From Octopus sinensis (lineage: Eukaryota): 64,000 bases of DNA. This document shows positions 25,143-39,384 of the stretch, piece by piece. The DNA lies in contig NC_042999.1 of NCBI RefSeq assembly GCF_006345805.1, positions 28,892,001-28,956,000 on the forward strand. Reading direction: 5' to 3'. Made by a program: the position numbers and the translations under genes. Numbering within the stretch: the first letter of the stretch is position 1; every line of letters begins with the position of its first letter. The notes below the pieces were generated by a model, which saw only the letters and a program-made list of their open reading frames with translations, made no database searches and was not told the DNA's origin.

Positions 25143-25308
25143 ATGCGTGTGTGTTTGTGTGTGTGTGTGTGTGCATGTTTGTGTGTCTGTACATGCTCTC
25201 CACCTTCGCTTGACAGCCGATGCTGGTGCGTTTACGCACCCGTAACTTAGCGGGTCGGTAAAAGTAACCGATGGAATATGTACTAGGCTTACAAAGATAC
25301 GTCCTGGT
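24900..25308 (+). mobile_element. SINE family A, 3' end clipped
   Basis: gcgcaggagtgtctgtgcggtaagtagcttgcttaccaaccac head through tactaggcttacaaaga. Confidence 0.9.
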
Positions 25309-25830
25309 ATTGAAGAGTATATATATGTTAAGAAACAAACTAAGGAAATGTGATACTTCAAAGGAATGTGTTAAACTTCTTATTCACTGGTAATTCAGTT
25401 GAATAATATATACATATGAGTATTATGCAATTACAAAGATAAATGAAAGAGAGGCATACTATTGATAATCCAATAATTAATTTATATTATATTACATGAT
25501 ATATTACATGATATACTATGAATATAATTTAACATAATATTATATAACGTAAATAATTAATTTGAAAATGACAACAAATTGTTTCGACTTATATAGATTT
25601 TCTGGTATATATATACACAATAACAGTTCCTCTCTATATATAAATCACTTCAGGTTCATAGTTTAAATATAGACGAAATTCGATATCTTCTTCGTAACGT
25701 CTAGGTTACGGGGACGTAAACACACCCTCATCGGTTTCTAAGCGGGGGTGAACAAAGGCAAACAAATATACACACATGAATATATATATACACACACGCA
25801 CATATATATATATATATATGTATATATATA

Positions 25831-25880
<50 letters not shown>

Positions 25881-25914
25881 GACATATATGTACATATATA
25901 TATGCATATGCATA

Positions 25915-26246
25915 CACACATATATATATACACATATATACATATACATACATATATATACCTAAATATACATATATATATATATATACTTACATATACA
26001 TATGTACACACATATATACATACATAGTTACATACACACACACATATTCGTATATAGATATATGTGTGTATATATATATATACATATATATATATACACA
26101 TATATACATATACATACATATATATACCTAAATATACATATATATATATATATACTTACATATACATATGTACACACATATATACATACATAGTTACATA
26201 CACACACACATATTCGTATATAGATATATGTGTGTATATATATATA
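25915..26246. repeat. 166-bp tandem duplication inside AT/CA microsatellite
   Basis: cctaaatatac...cttacatatac...catagttacatac...tattcgtatatag at 25961 and 26127. Confidence 0.85.
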
Positions 26247-26382
26247 TACATATATATATATAGATACATAGTGTATAAGTTTGAAATTTATTTAGCCCAT
26301 GAGTCACCATGTAAACTTTGAATGAAATCGTTCGGGTCGTTCTCGTAGTTTAGTGATGCAGACATACAAACACACAGACATT

Positions 26383-26417
<35 letters not shown>

Positions 26418-26419
26418 AT

Positions 26420-26467
<48 letters not shown>

Positions 26468-26474
26468 CATATAA

Positions 26475-26680
26475 AGGGACAGTTTACGAAAATAAACAAA
26501 ATACGAAGGCAGGTGGAGTACAAACAAACAAATGTACTAGTATAGCGCTCAAGAATAGAAAAAAACTTTTACGTTTCGCGCCTACGCTCTTCGACAGAAA
26601 GATACACAGAAAAAAACAAGGAGAGTAACAGGGAGATAAAAGAATGCGTGTAGGAGCAAACGATCTATCATGGCGTCCTG
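26475..26680 (-). repeat. pLTR-like repeat with degenerate minimal hammerhead motif
   Basis: Shares aaaatacgaaggcaggtgg and gcgatctatcatggcg-like blocks with 37790-37990; minus strand CUUU-CUGUCGA-A-GAGCGUAGGCGC-GAAAC-GUA-AAAG. Confidence 0.6.
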
Positions 26681-26710
26681 ATAGATATATATATATATAT
26701 ATATATATAT

Positions 26711-26768
<58 letters not shown>

Positions 26769-27227
26769 CAGTCGTATACTGTCAACTTAACGTGACAGTC
26801 CCAAGAGAGGGAATCACACTACCACTATTTAGCCCTCATGTTTACAAAGAGGGAAACGTTTATTAATCAATGAATATATGTTTCATATTTTGGACGAGTA
26901 ATCTGCAAAGCATCAGTAAAATGTTGATATTTATCACATGAAAACTAAACTAGGCATCGGTAGCTATTTTCGCGCTTTGGCCAAAATATACTTTCATTCC
27001 TTTCATTAATGCATTTGTTTCTAATTTACTAGTAAGAACTCAATTAACATATATCTAGATAGCAAATGGAGCTTAAAAGAATGTACTACCTATATTCCCA
27101 CCAAATATTCTTATGTTTTGCAACGGATTAATTTCTTCATCTCGTTAGGTCTATTAGTATGCATATACATATACCTATACGTGCGTTCAGTTGTCCCTGT
27201 ATGTGTGCGTGTATGGATTGTATATAT

Positions 27228-27288
<61 letters not shown>

Positions 27289-27401
27289 TCCATTTATGAA
27301 TGTATGCATATATATGTGTGCGCGGGGGTGTGTGTGGCTGGTCTACATGTGGATATATTTATGTGTGCTTGTATAGATATATATACATGTGTGTGTATAT
27401 A

Positions 27402-27434
<33 letters not shown>

Positions 27435-27491
27435 GTGTGTATGTACATATATATACAAATATATATATATGCATGTGTATACACTCACACG

Positions 27492-27554
<63 letters not shown>

Positions 27555-28494
27555 ATGTATATATAATAGAGATGTGTGTGTATTCGCTTCCACACGAAAA
27601 CAGCTTCACCGATTGTTTATACTTATGATTCACTTCTTTAAGAACATTTCTCAGGATCATCTTCCGGTATTGACATAAAAACGGTGAAGTCCCTTTCTCT
27701 CAATGTTCGCTGCTTGTAAACAACTATCATAAATTACTGAAAGAAGTATTTACATATTTCGCAAATTCAAATGTTCGCGAGAAGATTGTTTTTAACGTGC
27801 TTTTATTTATACACTTTCTTCTTTCCATGTTTATATCATTCACTGTTTGCACTGCTCTCTCCCACGTTCTCTCTGTCTCTCTCGCTCTCACAAACACACA
27901 CAAACACACACAAACACACACAAACACACACACACAAATACACACACACAAACACACACACACAAGCACACACACTCACTCACTCACTCACTCACACTTT
28001 AGGTTTGATTTCGTTCTGAAGTCGATAATTTCCGTAAAAAAATGTATTCATTTTCTTTTTGCACGCCGTCTTCAGCTCTATGTACTTGTAGTCAGTCACT
28101 CACACACTCGTGTGATTTTACATGCTCATTTGTGTGTGTGTTTGTGTGTGTTCGTGTGTGTGTGTGTCAGTGAGTGAAGGGGTGTTTTGTCATGTATACG
28201 AACATACATAAATACATAGGCATATATTTTGTGTATGTATTTTCGCGTGAGAGAGAGCGATGTCTAAATGTCTCTCTCTCTCTCTTTCTCTCTCTCTCGG
28301 ACACACGCTCATACACACACACGAACATGTAAGAAAGAGGTATGCCTATTTGTTTATGTATCTACGTATACATGACGACATACCTTTTACTCATTCTCTC
28401 TCTCCTTTACTCTATCTCTCTCACTCACACATGTCTATTTCATCTGATGTTTAATAGTGTATGTGTATGTATATATGTGGGCGTGCGTGCCTGC

Positions 28495-29640
28495 GGGGTT
28501 CCACAATCGCGAGAAGAAAACATACGAATTTTCTTTGTTGACGCACCTGGTGGCGCAGCTAAAACAAATGTAACATTGCATCTCTTCAAATTGAGATAAC
28601 AAAAAAGAGTTGCAGTTGCTGTACCATTCCAGTCAAATTTGTAAAATAAGCAAAGATTCAGTTTCAGTAGAAATGTTGTGTCAACGGCCCCTTATCATTT
28701 GGGATGAATGTAACATGTCACATTGAGATGCACTGGGAGCTCTTAGTAAGACCTTACAGGACATCAGAGCAACAATAAATATATGGGAAAAGTTTTATTA
28801 GTTTTATCAGGAGACTTCAGACAGAAATTACCAGTCATTCTAAGATGAAATAAAAGCATGCATTAAGTCTTCACACCTATTGAATAGAGTACTGAAAAAA
28901 ATCTCCTTCAATACTAAGGTGCAAGCTTTATTACATGGGGACCAACGTGCAAAAGAGTTTTGACCCTGGATCCTCCAATTAGGAAACGGGAAAGTACCAA
29001 TTTATGGGAATGGTGATTTCAGTTTGACTCATATTGCTATCATGGGGAATTCCACAGCAGAATTGAAGGACGCTATTTCCAGACTGAAGCAATAATTATA
29101 ATTAACGTAAATGGTTGTATGAAAGGGCAAATCTTGCTCGAAAAAAATGAGTCAGTAGCAAGGATTAGCCATGAATTAATGAATAAGATTCTAACAGTCA
29201 TTAAGAAGTACAACTCAGTTATTCAGTCCTTGAGGAAAATCCAGCTGTCCATTACACAACAGATATCTTAAATTCTCTTGAGCAACCTGGAATTCCTCCA
29301 CAAAATTTTCTGAAGGTAGGAGTACCAATAAGGTTTCAAAGAAATTGTAGATACTCCTAAATTATGCAATGGGTCAAGTTTCATTTTGAAGTCGTTATCA
29401 CCTATATGACATATAGTACCATTTTCATTGGATGTGCCTCTGGGGAAGAAGTCGTCATCCCAAGAATTCCAATCAACACAACAGGCATACCATTTGAGGT
29501 ATAATTTGCTTTGCGATGTCTATTCATGAAGCTAAAGTCAGTCTGTGAAAAATACTGGTTTGCTTTTATCATGGTCAACTTTATGTTGGTTGCCCCAGGG
29601 GTGTAGTGTGCAAGACATATTTGTCTAAAGCCTCCAAGAA
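28495..29640 (+). pseudogene. Helitron PIF1-like helicase, heavily decayed
   Basis: IFFVDAPGGAAKT (Walker A), LIIWDECNMSH (Walker B), VLSGDFRQKLPVI, LNSLEQPGIPP, KLCNG and GQLYVG. Confidence 0.9.
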
Positions 29641-29919
29641 GGTAAGGAGATCGACAAACAACATACTGTCTTTACTTCAGCTAGGAAGCTATTAAGGTAT
29701 CAGAAAGAAAGCCATGATAGTGATCTAGCTTGTCAAAGAACAAGGAGCAGTGCCTGTGAGGAAGGGAGATGAGTGAATCAACAGAAAGCATAGTTGGTGT
29801 AGTCATAAAAACTATCGAGATTAAATTGAAACCATATATTCAGATCTGATAAAGGAAGCCTTAAATCAATATGATTTCTGACAATTGCACGTATTTAATT
29901 TGTTTCACTAAAGACGTTG

Positions 29920-30078
29920 TGTCTGAGAATTTTACTATATCACATTCCCGGAGCCTCATCATTTGATGATATGAGAAATATTAATGGTGTAGTTTACCAT
30001 GGTTAATAAGGGGCTGCAACGTAAATAGGTTTAGCGCATGATGACCGTGAATACTATCGGACTATGGAGTTTGCAGAT
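29920..30078 (+). pseudogene. Helitron Rep-helicase linker fragment
   Basis: CLRILLYHIPGASSFDDMRNINGVVY..GAAT.IGLAHDDREYYRTME resembles the conserved LRLLL.HV.G.TSF.DL...NG..Y segment. Confidence 0.75.
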
Positions 30079-30131
30079 AATTAGGCTACTCCTCATCACA
30101 TTCTTAATTACTGCATTTTTTCTCTTCTCCA

Positions 30132-30169
<38 letters not shown>

Positions 30170-30515
30170 TTAAAAATGTGACCGCATGTGTATCGTTGGC
30201 AATTCATTTCCTCCGTCTTCCCTTATATATACATATACATATATATTACAGAAATAAATGATACTATGTAGAATACGCACTAGTATATATATATATAAAA
30301 TTTAATGAAGTATCATTACCATTCTTAAAATTAATAAATAACAATAAAGTAGCTAGCAAGTGTAACCAATATAGGTAAAAGATACTATAAATAAATTAGG
30401 GTACCGGAACACCACTTGCAAGAAATATTGGTTTCACCTTGTGTACTTAAGGATCGTCAGTCAAGTATACTGTATTCATTTATTTTTCAAAATGTTCATT
30501 TCAAAACAGTATTTA

Positions 30516-30573
<58 letters not shown>

Positions 30574-32599
30574 CGTGTGTGTGTGCGTGTGTGTGTGTAT
30601 ACATACACATATTGTATTATGTATATACATATATATAAAGACAAACAAGCACGCAAGTTTATATATATTAATATACACACACGCGCGCAGACACATATGC
30701 ACACATATGTACATAGAAATACACACAGTGACACAGAGATAAATATATAGATAGATACTTCATTCCTTATGTGCATAAGGAATTTAACGTAAGATGCCTA
30801 AATACAAATTCGAGCAACTGTTTCTGTAATAAGAATCTTGCCGTCAGAGCTGGATGCTCACACAGCAGAAACAGCTACATCTGAGGGAAAAGATTACGTT
30901 AAACTTCATCCTTTATTATTCATTATATTTGAAATTGCGCTCTGTTTTTTTCTTAATTGTTTAATCGAACGTATATGTAAAATGACCTTCACCTACCGGT
31001 TATTAGCATCGCTTTGCCTACACGTAAGCATAATATATGTGTGTGTGTGTATGCATTTGTGTGTGTGCGCGTATCTGCGTGTGCACGTTTGTGTTTATGT
31101 TTGCATACATTGCATTTTTTAAATATATGCATAAATATATACGAAGGACTTATGGAGTTCATGCCATTCACCTCTGATGTCTAGTTAATAACTAGGCGTA
31201 TAAAATTTACCCTATGTGAAACATTTCTAATCTTGTACATCTTTAGGTGCTTTCCTATAATAATATCAACGAACATGTCTCTACAATGCTTTGTTTAATT
31301 AGGTACTTTTCAAGTAAGATTTTACTAACTAGACACGCAAATACTCTTGTGTTTCGAAAGCGGATCTTTAAATTTGTTTTTGTATTGTTTGAATTTTTAC
31401 TGTTATTTTCTTGCAATTAGTGATGAAACTAACTTTCACTTCATTAATATTCTACATCTTGAAAGCTTATCTGCTATTATAGTCTACTAAATCCAAATTC
31501 AATTACTTGAAAATGTTTACTTTCCTCATTCTTGCAACAATAGTAAAGTTTGCGAGGTTGTGAAACTGCAGTCAATCAATAGCTAATTCCTATAATTATC
31601 TGCATTTCGCAGAAACCTTCAAGGTTTCTCTTTTCAAACAAAATGTACTATTTTATTTAGAGAGTGTTTTTACTTTCATACGGAGCAAGAATTTAAGAAG
31701 CAATAAAAAGTAATATAAATATGTGAAACAAAATAACTCACTAGTACAGAATATATATGGACTCGACTATTTGTTGAAATACTATTTTATGTTTTGCACC
31801 ATAATATACTTTTTGTTCAATCATTCATTGAACACGTTTCTCTCTATGCGTTTCATCTATTTCTATTTCCCTTCTACATATACACACAAACACACATCTC
31901 ATGCCATGTATGTTGAGTTTAATGAACCAATTATTGTGTACTGCAGAGATGCAATAAAGAGGAATCTTGTAAATGATCGGGAGTTTACAACTATGATATT
32001 CAATACATTTTCCACTGAGAGATAACTGGGAAGAAAGTATACCACTAACAACACAGAATCATTCTGTTTAGTTGGGGTTTTCGTTTTTTTATTTTATGTT
32101 ATATTTTTTAACAGCCTGTATCATACATTCAATCTTTTCATCGTTGTTTTTTCTTTAGCTCATTTTTAGTGGTAGCTGTAAACCTTGTATATTGATCCGA
32201 GTTAAAATAAGTTAAATTGTAAGAGAAAGTCGAAATAAAAAGTAAACCATTAAAAGTGATACACTATCTCTAACATATATGTATATAAATACATGTGTGT
32301 GTTTGTGCCTGTGTGTGTCTTCGTGCGTGGGTGCGTGTGTATGTGTGTGTGTTCTAAACATTTGCGTTGACTTGCATGCACAGATGCAATCAAATAAATG
32401 AAAGCTAACTATGTTACTCCGAGTAAAAAATAATATATCAACGCGAACTTTTCATTCCACCGTTGCAATCCCCTGAATTCCATTCTCTTAGATATCTACA
32501 TAAATTTAAGTTGGAATAAAAATGTTAAAAGATCATTTTAGAGAATTGGCTGAATAGGATAAGTCTCCAATAGGCTGAGGAGCAGAATCATCGGTGTAG

Positions 32600-32687
<88 letters not shown>

Positions 32688-35600
32688 GTTTGTGAACTTA
32701 TGTACATATCATGTATAATACAACGTAAAGTTAAAAGTGAAATACATTTAAATACTAAAATATCTAACTGCAATCATAATTAAAATGTAAATATATTATC
32801 TCTATACTACTGATAGGCTGACTAATTTTGGATCAATGTTCAGAGAATACGCATTTCACGTTACTCTACACTCTAGAAAACTATTACCTTATTAGTTATG
32901 TTAATTTGCATATTTATGCTTTGACGACGACACCTCTACTTCACAGCGCATCAAACTGTGATATAAACTGCAATATTTGTAATCTTAGAAAAACTTCATG
33001 TAAACTATTGATTGGAAAATGCATTCGATTGAAGCGACCAACAAAACCTAAAACTGTTACTTAGGAGACACCCTCCATCGTTTATCACCGCAACAAAATC
33101 ATTGAGAAATATTGTTTTAATTAAAACTGAACTTGCTTTTTATTTATTGCCATTTAACTCTTCAACGTTGTTTTTTTTTAATTCATTGTATCATCAAGAC
33201 TAATATAATTTTTTGTCGACTCACGGAATAATGCTAAATAAATTTTTTATGACGCCCTATCATTTCAAGAATGCTACATTGTATATTCCCTTCCAGGGAG
33301 TCCAATGCGTGAAGAATGTTGGGGTTAGAATTATAGTGATGTTTATATAATATTTGTTGTCCCTGTTAAGCATTACCGTTGAGAAAATAACTGCAAAATA
33401 GAGAAATTTTTCAACCGGTGAGTTCATGTTTCTAAGTTGGTATTATATGATTATTTCGATTATGTATTTTCCGTATATTCCTAAAGGTTTTCAAAATTCA
33501 ATGTTATTTAAACACAATTCTACGTTAAGTGGATCTATAAAAATGGATATATTGTAGTAATAGACGCACATCGGGAAGTATATAGTATTAATAGGAACTC
33601 TACTTTATATATATATTTATATATATATATATATATAAAGTGATAATGTAAACCTATATGTATATGAAAATATATAAGTATGTGTATATTCCTTTATGTA
33701 TATAAAAATAAATGTGTGTGTGCCAGTGTGCTTGTATTTATATGTAAATATGTCTGTGTTTGCCTCTGCGTTTGTGCATTTATAAATGTTTACTTAAAAG
33801 TAAGTTATCGATTCGTGTTTGAATCTGCTGCGCAAACTATCTTATCGCTATGTGTATTGTCTGCTTCAATTCACATACAAAGACTCACATTGATGTAGGT
33901 GATTGTGTGTTAGATATGATCTGAACAGAACTGTTCATTTCAGACGAAGTCTGTAGATATATAATGATTAGGACATACAAGCACGAAATATCAAGATGGG
34001 AACAAAGCTCCTAATTTGAATCAAACAGATTGTGGCACGCTATGATTACATTTATAATAATATCCTCAAAACAAAATTAGATTTCATCTACAGAAATATT
34101 TATCCTTTAAAAAAAAAGCGACATATCAATAAAGATCATTAATAAAATAACCCTTAACTTTCTTATTGTTGTTCAGATATGAATCAATTAATCAATCAGC
34201 TAATCAGAGCAGTGTCAATCTATTTAAGCTTCACTGTTGTTCTCCTTTGTTGTTGTTATTTTTCGAAACTAACTCATTAGACCCTTATACATACTTCAAA
34301 AAAATATACAATCATGAAAGGAAACTAGGGATACAGAAGGGAAGAAAGCAACATACACGCAGACATCCATAGATACACGCAAATATTTAAATATTCGAAA
34401 ATCGGTTGAGATTCTATACACACGCGCGCGTACAAATATGTGTATATGTGTGTGTTCGTGTGACCATCTATATAAGGTGGTACAGTCAGAAGCTGATCAC
34501 AGGATCGATTCATTAGCCGGGTCCTTGGAAAATCTGCTTATTCTCATGAAAATGAGTATCACATGTATGTGAAAACACACACACACACACGCACGCACAG
34601 ACATTTGCATGTTTCTGTATACTAAATTTCGACTGAAATGATATGTTAAATATAATGCAAACGGTAATATACGAATTTATTATTATAAAAGCTCATTACG
34701 ATTTAAAATACTGATTTAATACAAGCACTTAGTGAGCTTTAAATTAATCTCTACATTATTAGCAGTAAGTTAGTAATGCTCTTATTTTAGAGACAGCCAT
34801 TATTTTGGAGAGTTCGTTACAGAAACATTGGACATACATATTTATTTATTATTTCTTTTGCTTGTTTCAGCCGTTAGACTTCGGCCATGTTTGAACACCG
34901 CCTATATAATGGCCACTTTTGCAGAATCGTTTTGTTATAAGGCAGTAAACACATCAACACCAGTTATCAAGCTTCGGGAATGGATAGACACAGATACAAA
35001 ATAACCCTGACACACACAAACACGCACACATGTACCCACGTACACATACACACGTGCGCGTGCACACACAGACATCCACTACCGCGTAACGCACATGAAC
35101 ATTAACCTAAACAGCCATGCACGCATATGCAAGTGCTATTTATATGCATTATTTATGACATTCGTATATCGTCTCTACAAAATTTATTACGGAACAAATT
35201 TTTCGTTTATTGTTTCTATTCATAAAGAAACAAGGGACTTTTATAATGCAGGAGATTCACCTAAATTAGCCAGAACACAAACAATAAAGTGCCTTTTAAT
35301 TCTGGACGCATTCTGATAATTTCAACATGAATATAAAATCGCTGTTCCTTTATATCATCGGATAACATCCTTTCTCTTGAGAGGATGGGTCCTCATTGTA
35401 CATGTGGTACACTACTGTGCTGTAACTTTGAGACACATTATTCAATGTCTCTTCAGTCAAAGCTATGTAGGCCTAATAAATCGAACAAGAGTGCAGTTTC
35501 CTGTTTTTTTTCTTTTTTCGGGGGGGGGGGGCTGAATCATCGAAGAAATCATTTCCTGGTGAGTGCGCTGATCTGTACCACGCAAACGATAATTCGTTGT

Positions 35601-36197
35601 TTTGCCCGCAAAAGAGCGAGAATCAAAGCAACAACATATCTTTTCCTTCCGTTTATGTGCTGGTAGATTCTAACGTGTTTATTTGCAATTGTTAAATTGC
35701 ACTGTACGAGAAAATGTATTCCCTTTAGCTAATGTACGTTTAAAACAGAAGATTCACCAGTGTATAGGAACTCTGTGACACCGCAAATCTCCATCGTAAA
35801 ATCTATATGCACAGATGAGTGTAACAAAATAATTACAAGCACGTGTCAGTAGATGTCAGCAAAACATTGTTTGCTGACGCGTAGAGATGTCTGGCAAAGA
35901 AAAAATTAATGGGTTAGATTCATGCAGAACAAGAAAAATAGAAACGTTAATATGTCCATATACTCTGAAATACTTGTAGCAAACTTGAAGACGACTAATG
36001 TGGCTCTTTCACGCCAGCGGACGATTCTTCCCTGTATTGGATGTGTTTATAACACACACAACTCACCGTTTTAAAGGGAATAGGTGCACGAAGATATTTC
36101 GTAGTTCTTGAGTGTCTCCACAGTCAAAAACACACCAGCATCGATTGTCAAGCGATGTTGGGGAAAAAAACACAAACACACACACCCACGCACACAC

Positions 36198-36277
<80 letters not shown>

Positions 36278-36742
36278 CTTTGGCGCGAGTGCGATGATTT
36301 GAAAATTTTAGGTCAGATATTGCCGAGGCAGGGACGAAATGCCTCGTGAAAATATATGTTCCGATCTGGCTATTTCTTACTGACGAATCTAAGGGCCTAT
36401 TGAAGATTGGCTTGATTTAATTTAATCAGGTTAGTTTACCATTAAACAGTAGATAAGACGGTGCATCGTATAAGAAATTACAGGGTAAATGTTTTTTAAT
36501 TTTCTCCTGGTTTACGGAATTAATGTTATTTTGCGGTTGAAGCTTTGGCTGTTATTTCTAGTGGGTGAATGGCCTATTATGGCCGTTCCTTGATTGTGAT
36601 GTTGAACTTAAAATGGTCTATGACTATTTAATTTTTTCCCACTAGGCCGCTGGTGGCAAAAAAATTCTAGAAAATTTTTTGGCACCCTATATTGATTAAT
36701 AAATATATATATATATATATCATATAGTATATATATATATAG

Positions 36743-36789
<47 letters not shown>

Positions 36790-36989
36790 TACATATTATA
36801 ATATAATACATATCTGTAAAAGTAAAAAAATACAAACTGGGACAAGAACATGAAACATTAGAAGACGACACAAAAAACACGGACGGGACATTCGAAGCCT
36901 TCAATCTTCAGGCAAGAACCGGATCATCTTCGCAATTTCGGCTGATATATATATATATATATAGTAGTAGTAACATAAAAGAGGAATTT

Positions 36990-37485
36990 CGGTTGTCCCC
37001 ACGTGGTGGATTGTAATGTATATAAGAAAAATAAAAACGGAAAATACGCCCACTTACATGGTTATAGTATAATTTTTAATGTATCGACCGGTTTCATGAT
37101 ACAATGCTTAATTTATATGAAAATATATTTTTTCTTAAGAAGAAAATGGGTTCATGTTGTTTAATAATGAGATTCACGAGTGAATGATTTTACAAGTTGA
37201 CAAGTAAAGGGTTGTTATTATTGATTGTTATTGTTGTTATTGTTGTCTGTAAGGGAGATAACTGTTTAGGTTTTGGGTGAGGAAAAATATGCGTGCAGAA
37301 AGGAGACTGGTTTAAATAAAGGGGGTCTTGTTTAGTAGGGGATTTATGTACAGTGATGTAATATGTAAAAATATAAAAATTGGTTATGCGTGCTTATTCA
37401 GACACGTTTCTTTATTTAAGCGTTCTAATTGAGAGATTGTATCTTTGCACTGGTAGAAAGGGAAGACTGTAAAATTTTTATATTA
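36990..37485 (-). mobile_element. PLE 3' fragment (end of GIY-YIG ORF plus pLTR)
   Basis: Minus strand KNFTVFPFYQCKDTISQLERLNKETCLNKHA*; downstream GAAACCGGUC half-hammerhead near 37085-37097. Confidence 0.5.
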
Positions 37486-37525
37486 TATATAAAATAGAAA
37501 TATATATATTATATATAGATATATT

Positions 37526-37557
<32 letters not shown>

Positions 37558-37558
<1 letters not shown>

Positions 37559-37698
37559 CGACGGGCTTCTTTTATTTTCCGTGTACCAAATCCACTCACA
37601 AGGCTGTGGTCGGCCCAAGGCTATAGGAGAAGAAACTAGCCCAAGGTGCCACGCAGTGGGACTGAACCCGGAACCATGTGGTTAGAAAGCAAGCTGTT
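37558..37698 (-). mobile_element. SINE family A 5' part
   Basis: cccaaggtgccacgcagtgggactgaacccggaaccatgtggtt, near-identical to 47995-48040. Confidence 0.9.
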
Positions 37699-37727
37699 TC
37701 TGTGTGTATACACACACACACACAGAC

Positions 37728-37773
<46 letters not shown>

Positions 37774-37789
37774 ATATGGGGAGAATTCA

Positions 37790-38030
37790 CAAAAAATCAA
37801 AATACGAAGGCAGGTGGTGAGAACTACAAACCGATGTATTGGTTTAACGCTCGGGAAGTGAAAAATTCTTAAACGTTTCGAGCCTACCTTCTTCAAAATA
37901 AAAGAACTCAGGAATAAACAAGGACACAAAATAAAGAATGTGTAGGGGCTAGCGATCTATCATGGCGAATGCCGGACAGAGGGGTCACACAGGAGAGCTA
38001 GGAAGAAGGGGAGATAACATAGTAGTGGGA
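37790..38030 (-). repeat. Second copy of the pLTR-like repeat at 26475
   Basis: aaaatacgaaggcaggtgg...aaacgtttcgagcctac...gcgatctatcatggcg. Confidence 0.6.
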
Positions 38031-38048
38031 TGTATGTACATGTATATA

Positions 38049-38130
<82 letters not shown>

Positions 38131-38199
38131 GAAATAGAAAGATGAATAATCTTGTAGTAGATTAATCAAAAGTTTAACCGATACTTAGTAGCAAAAATC

Positions 38200-38690
38200 A
38201 CAGCAGTAAACAGCACGGTTGGAGGTACAACCATCTGGCGTTGCAACCGTGCGTTGGTGCGGATAATTGAAATTAAAACATTATTGGTGAATTGAAGAAA
38301 TGGAGCTGAACGCAGATTGAACAGAAATCGTTTTATTTCATTCTACACGTGTTTCGAAAGGCACAAATTACCAAAATCCGATTGAATAATGGGACCATAT
38401 TGTGTCTTTCTCTTCAGGAAGAAAAAAGGAAATCCGTTGGAAAAACAAAAACAGAACAGAGGCGGAGCAAAAACAAATAGAACTATGCTCCTAAGAGCCC
38501 ATGGCGAAACTGTTTATCAGTGTATGTTGAGAACGGTGGCTGAAGAATCAACGGGTCAGGCATCGGTCAATCATGTGGGTGAGGGTGTATAGATGTTCTT
38601 TGTGACCGAGAATAAAGTTCTGACTATTTAAGGAATATTGGATGTTTTATAAGGGGCGAGAAAAAATCTACTCAGAGACGTGTGTGTGTG
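38200..38690 (-). mobile_element. Probable PLE 3' end / pLTR carrying a hammerhead
   Basis: Decayed LIKHPIFL(N)SQ-like C-terminus upstream of a canonical hammerhead on the same strand. Confidence 0.5.
38337..38423 (-). ncRNA. Canonical type I hammerhead ribozyme
   Basis: Stem I UUCUUC/GAA(U)GAA; CUGAAGA; stem II GAAAGACACAA/UUGUGCCUUUC (10 of 11 pairs); GAAAC-ACGU-GUA with palindromic ACACGUGU; cleavage between 38344 and 38343. Confidence 0.88.
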
Positions 38691-38927
38691 TATACTGTTC
38701 TATATATGTGTGTGTTGGCGTAGGGGTAGAAAACATTTTTTGTGTACGTGTGTGCGTTTGATCAATTCACCAATAATGTTATATATATATATATATATAT
38801 CTATTCATATGTATGCATATGTATATATATGTTTGCATATATATGTATGTATGTATAGTATGTATGTATATCTATTTTATGTATATATATATATATATAA
38901 TATATATATTGGGATTCTCTCACATAT

Positions 38928-38964
<37 letters not shown>

Positions 38965-39149
38965 GCAAGTGTTTGTTTTGTGTGTGTTAGCCTGTGTATA
39001 CATATATTAATATGCAGTGGATGCAACTGAATAGTTCAAGGAGCCAAGGTTTAGTGCGTTGACACTTATCAAGTTGATGATACGTGCCAATCACGATACT
39101 CCCGACATTGTGCTAGTCTGTTGCTTCCGTTAGGCTTTAATAAAAAAAT

Positions 39150-39367
<218 letters not shown>

Positions 39368-39384
39368 AACTCAGCAGGACAACG

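Noticed and set aside
31945-32030. PAN/apple-like RCNKEESCK*SGVYNYD after an acceptor-like site
   Set aside because: In-frame stop, incomplete cysteine pattern and no supporting exons.
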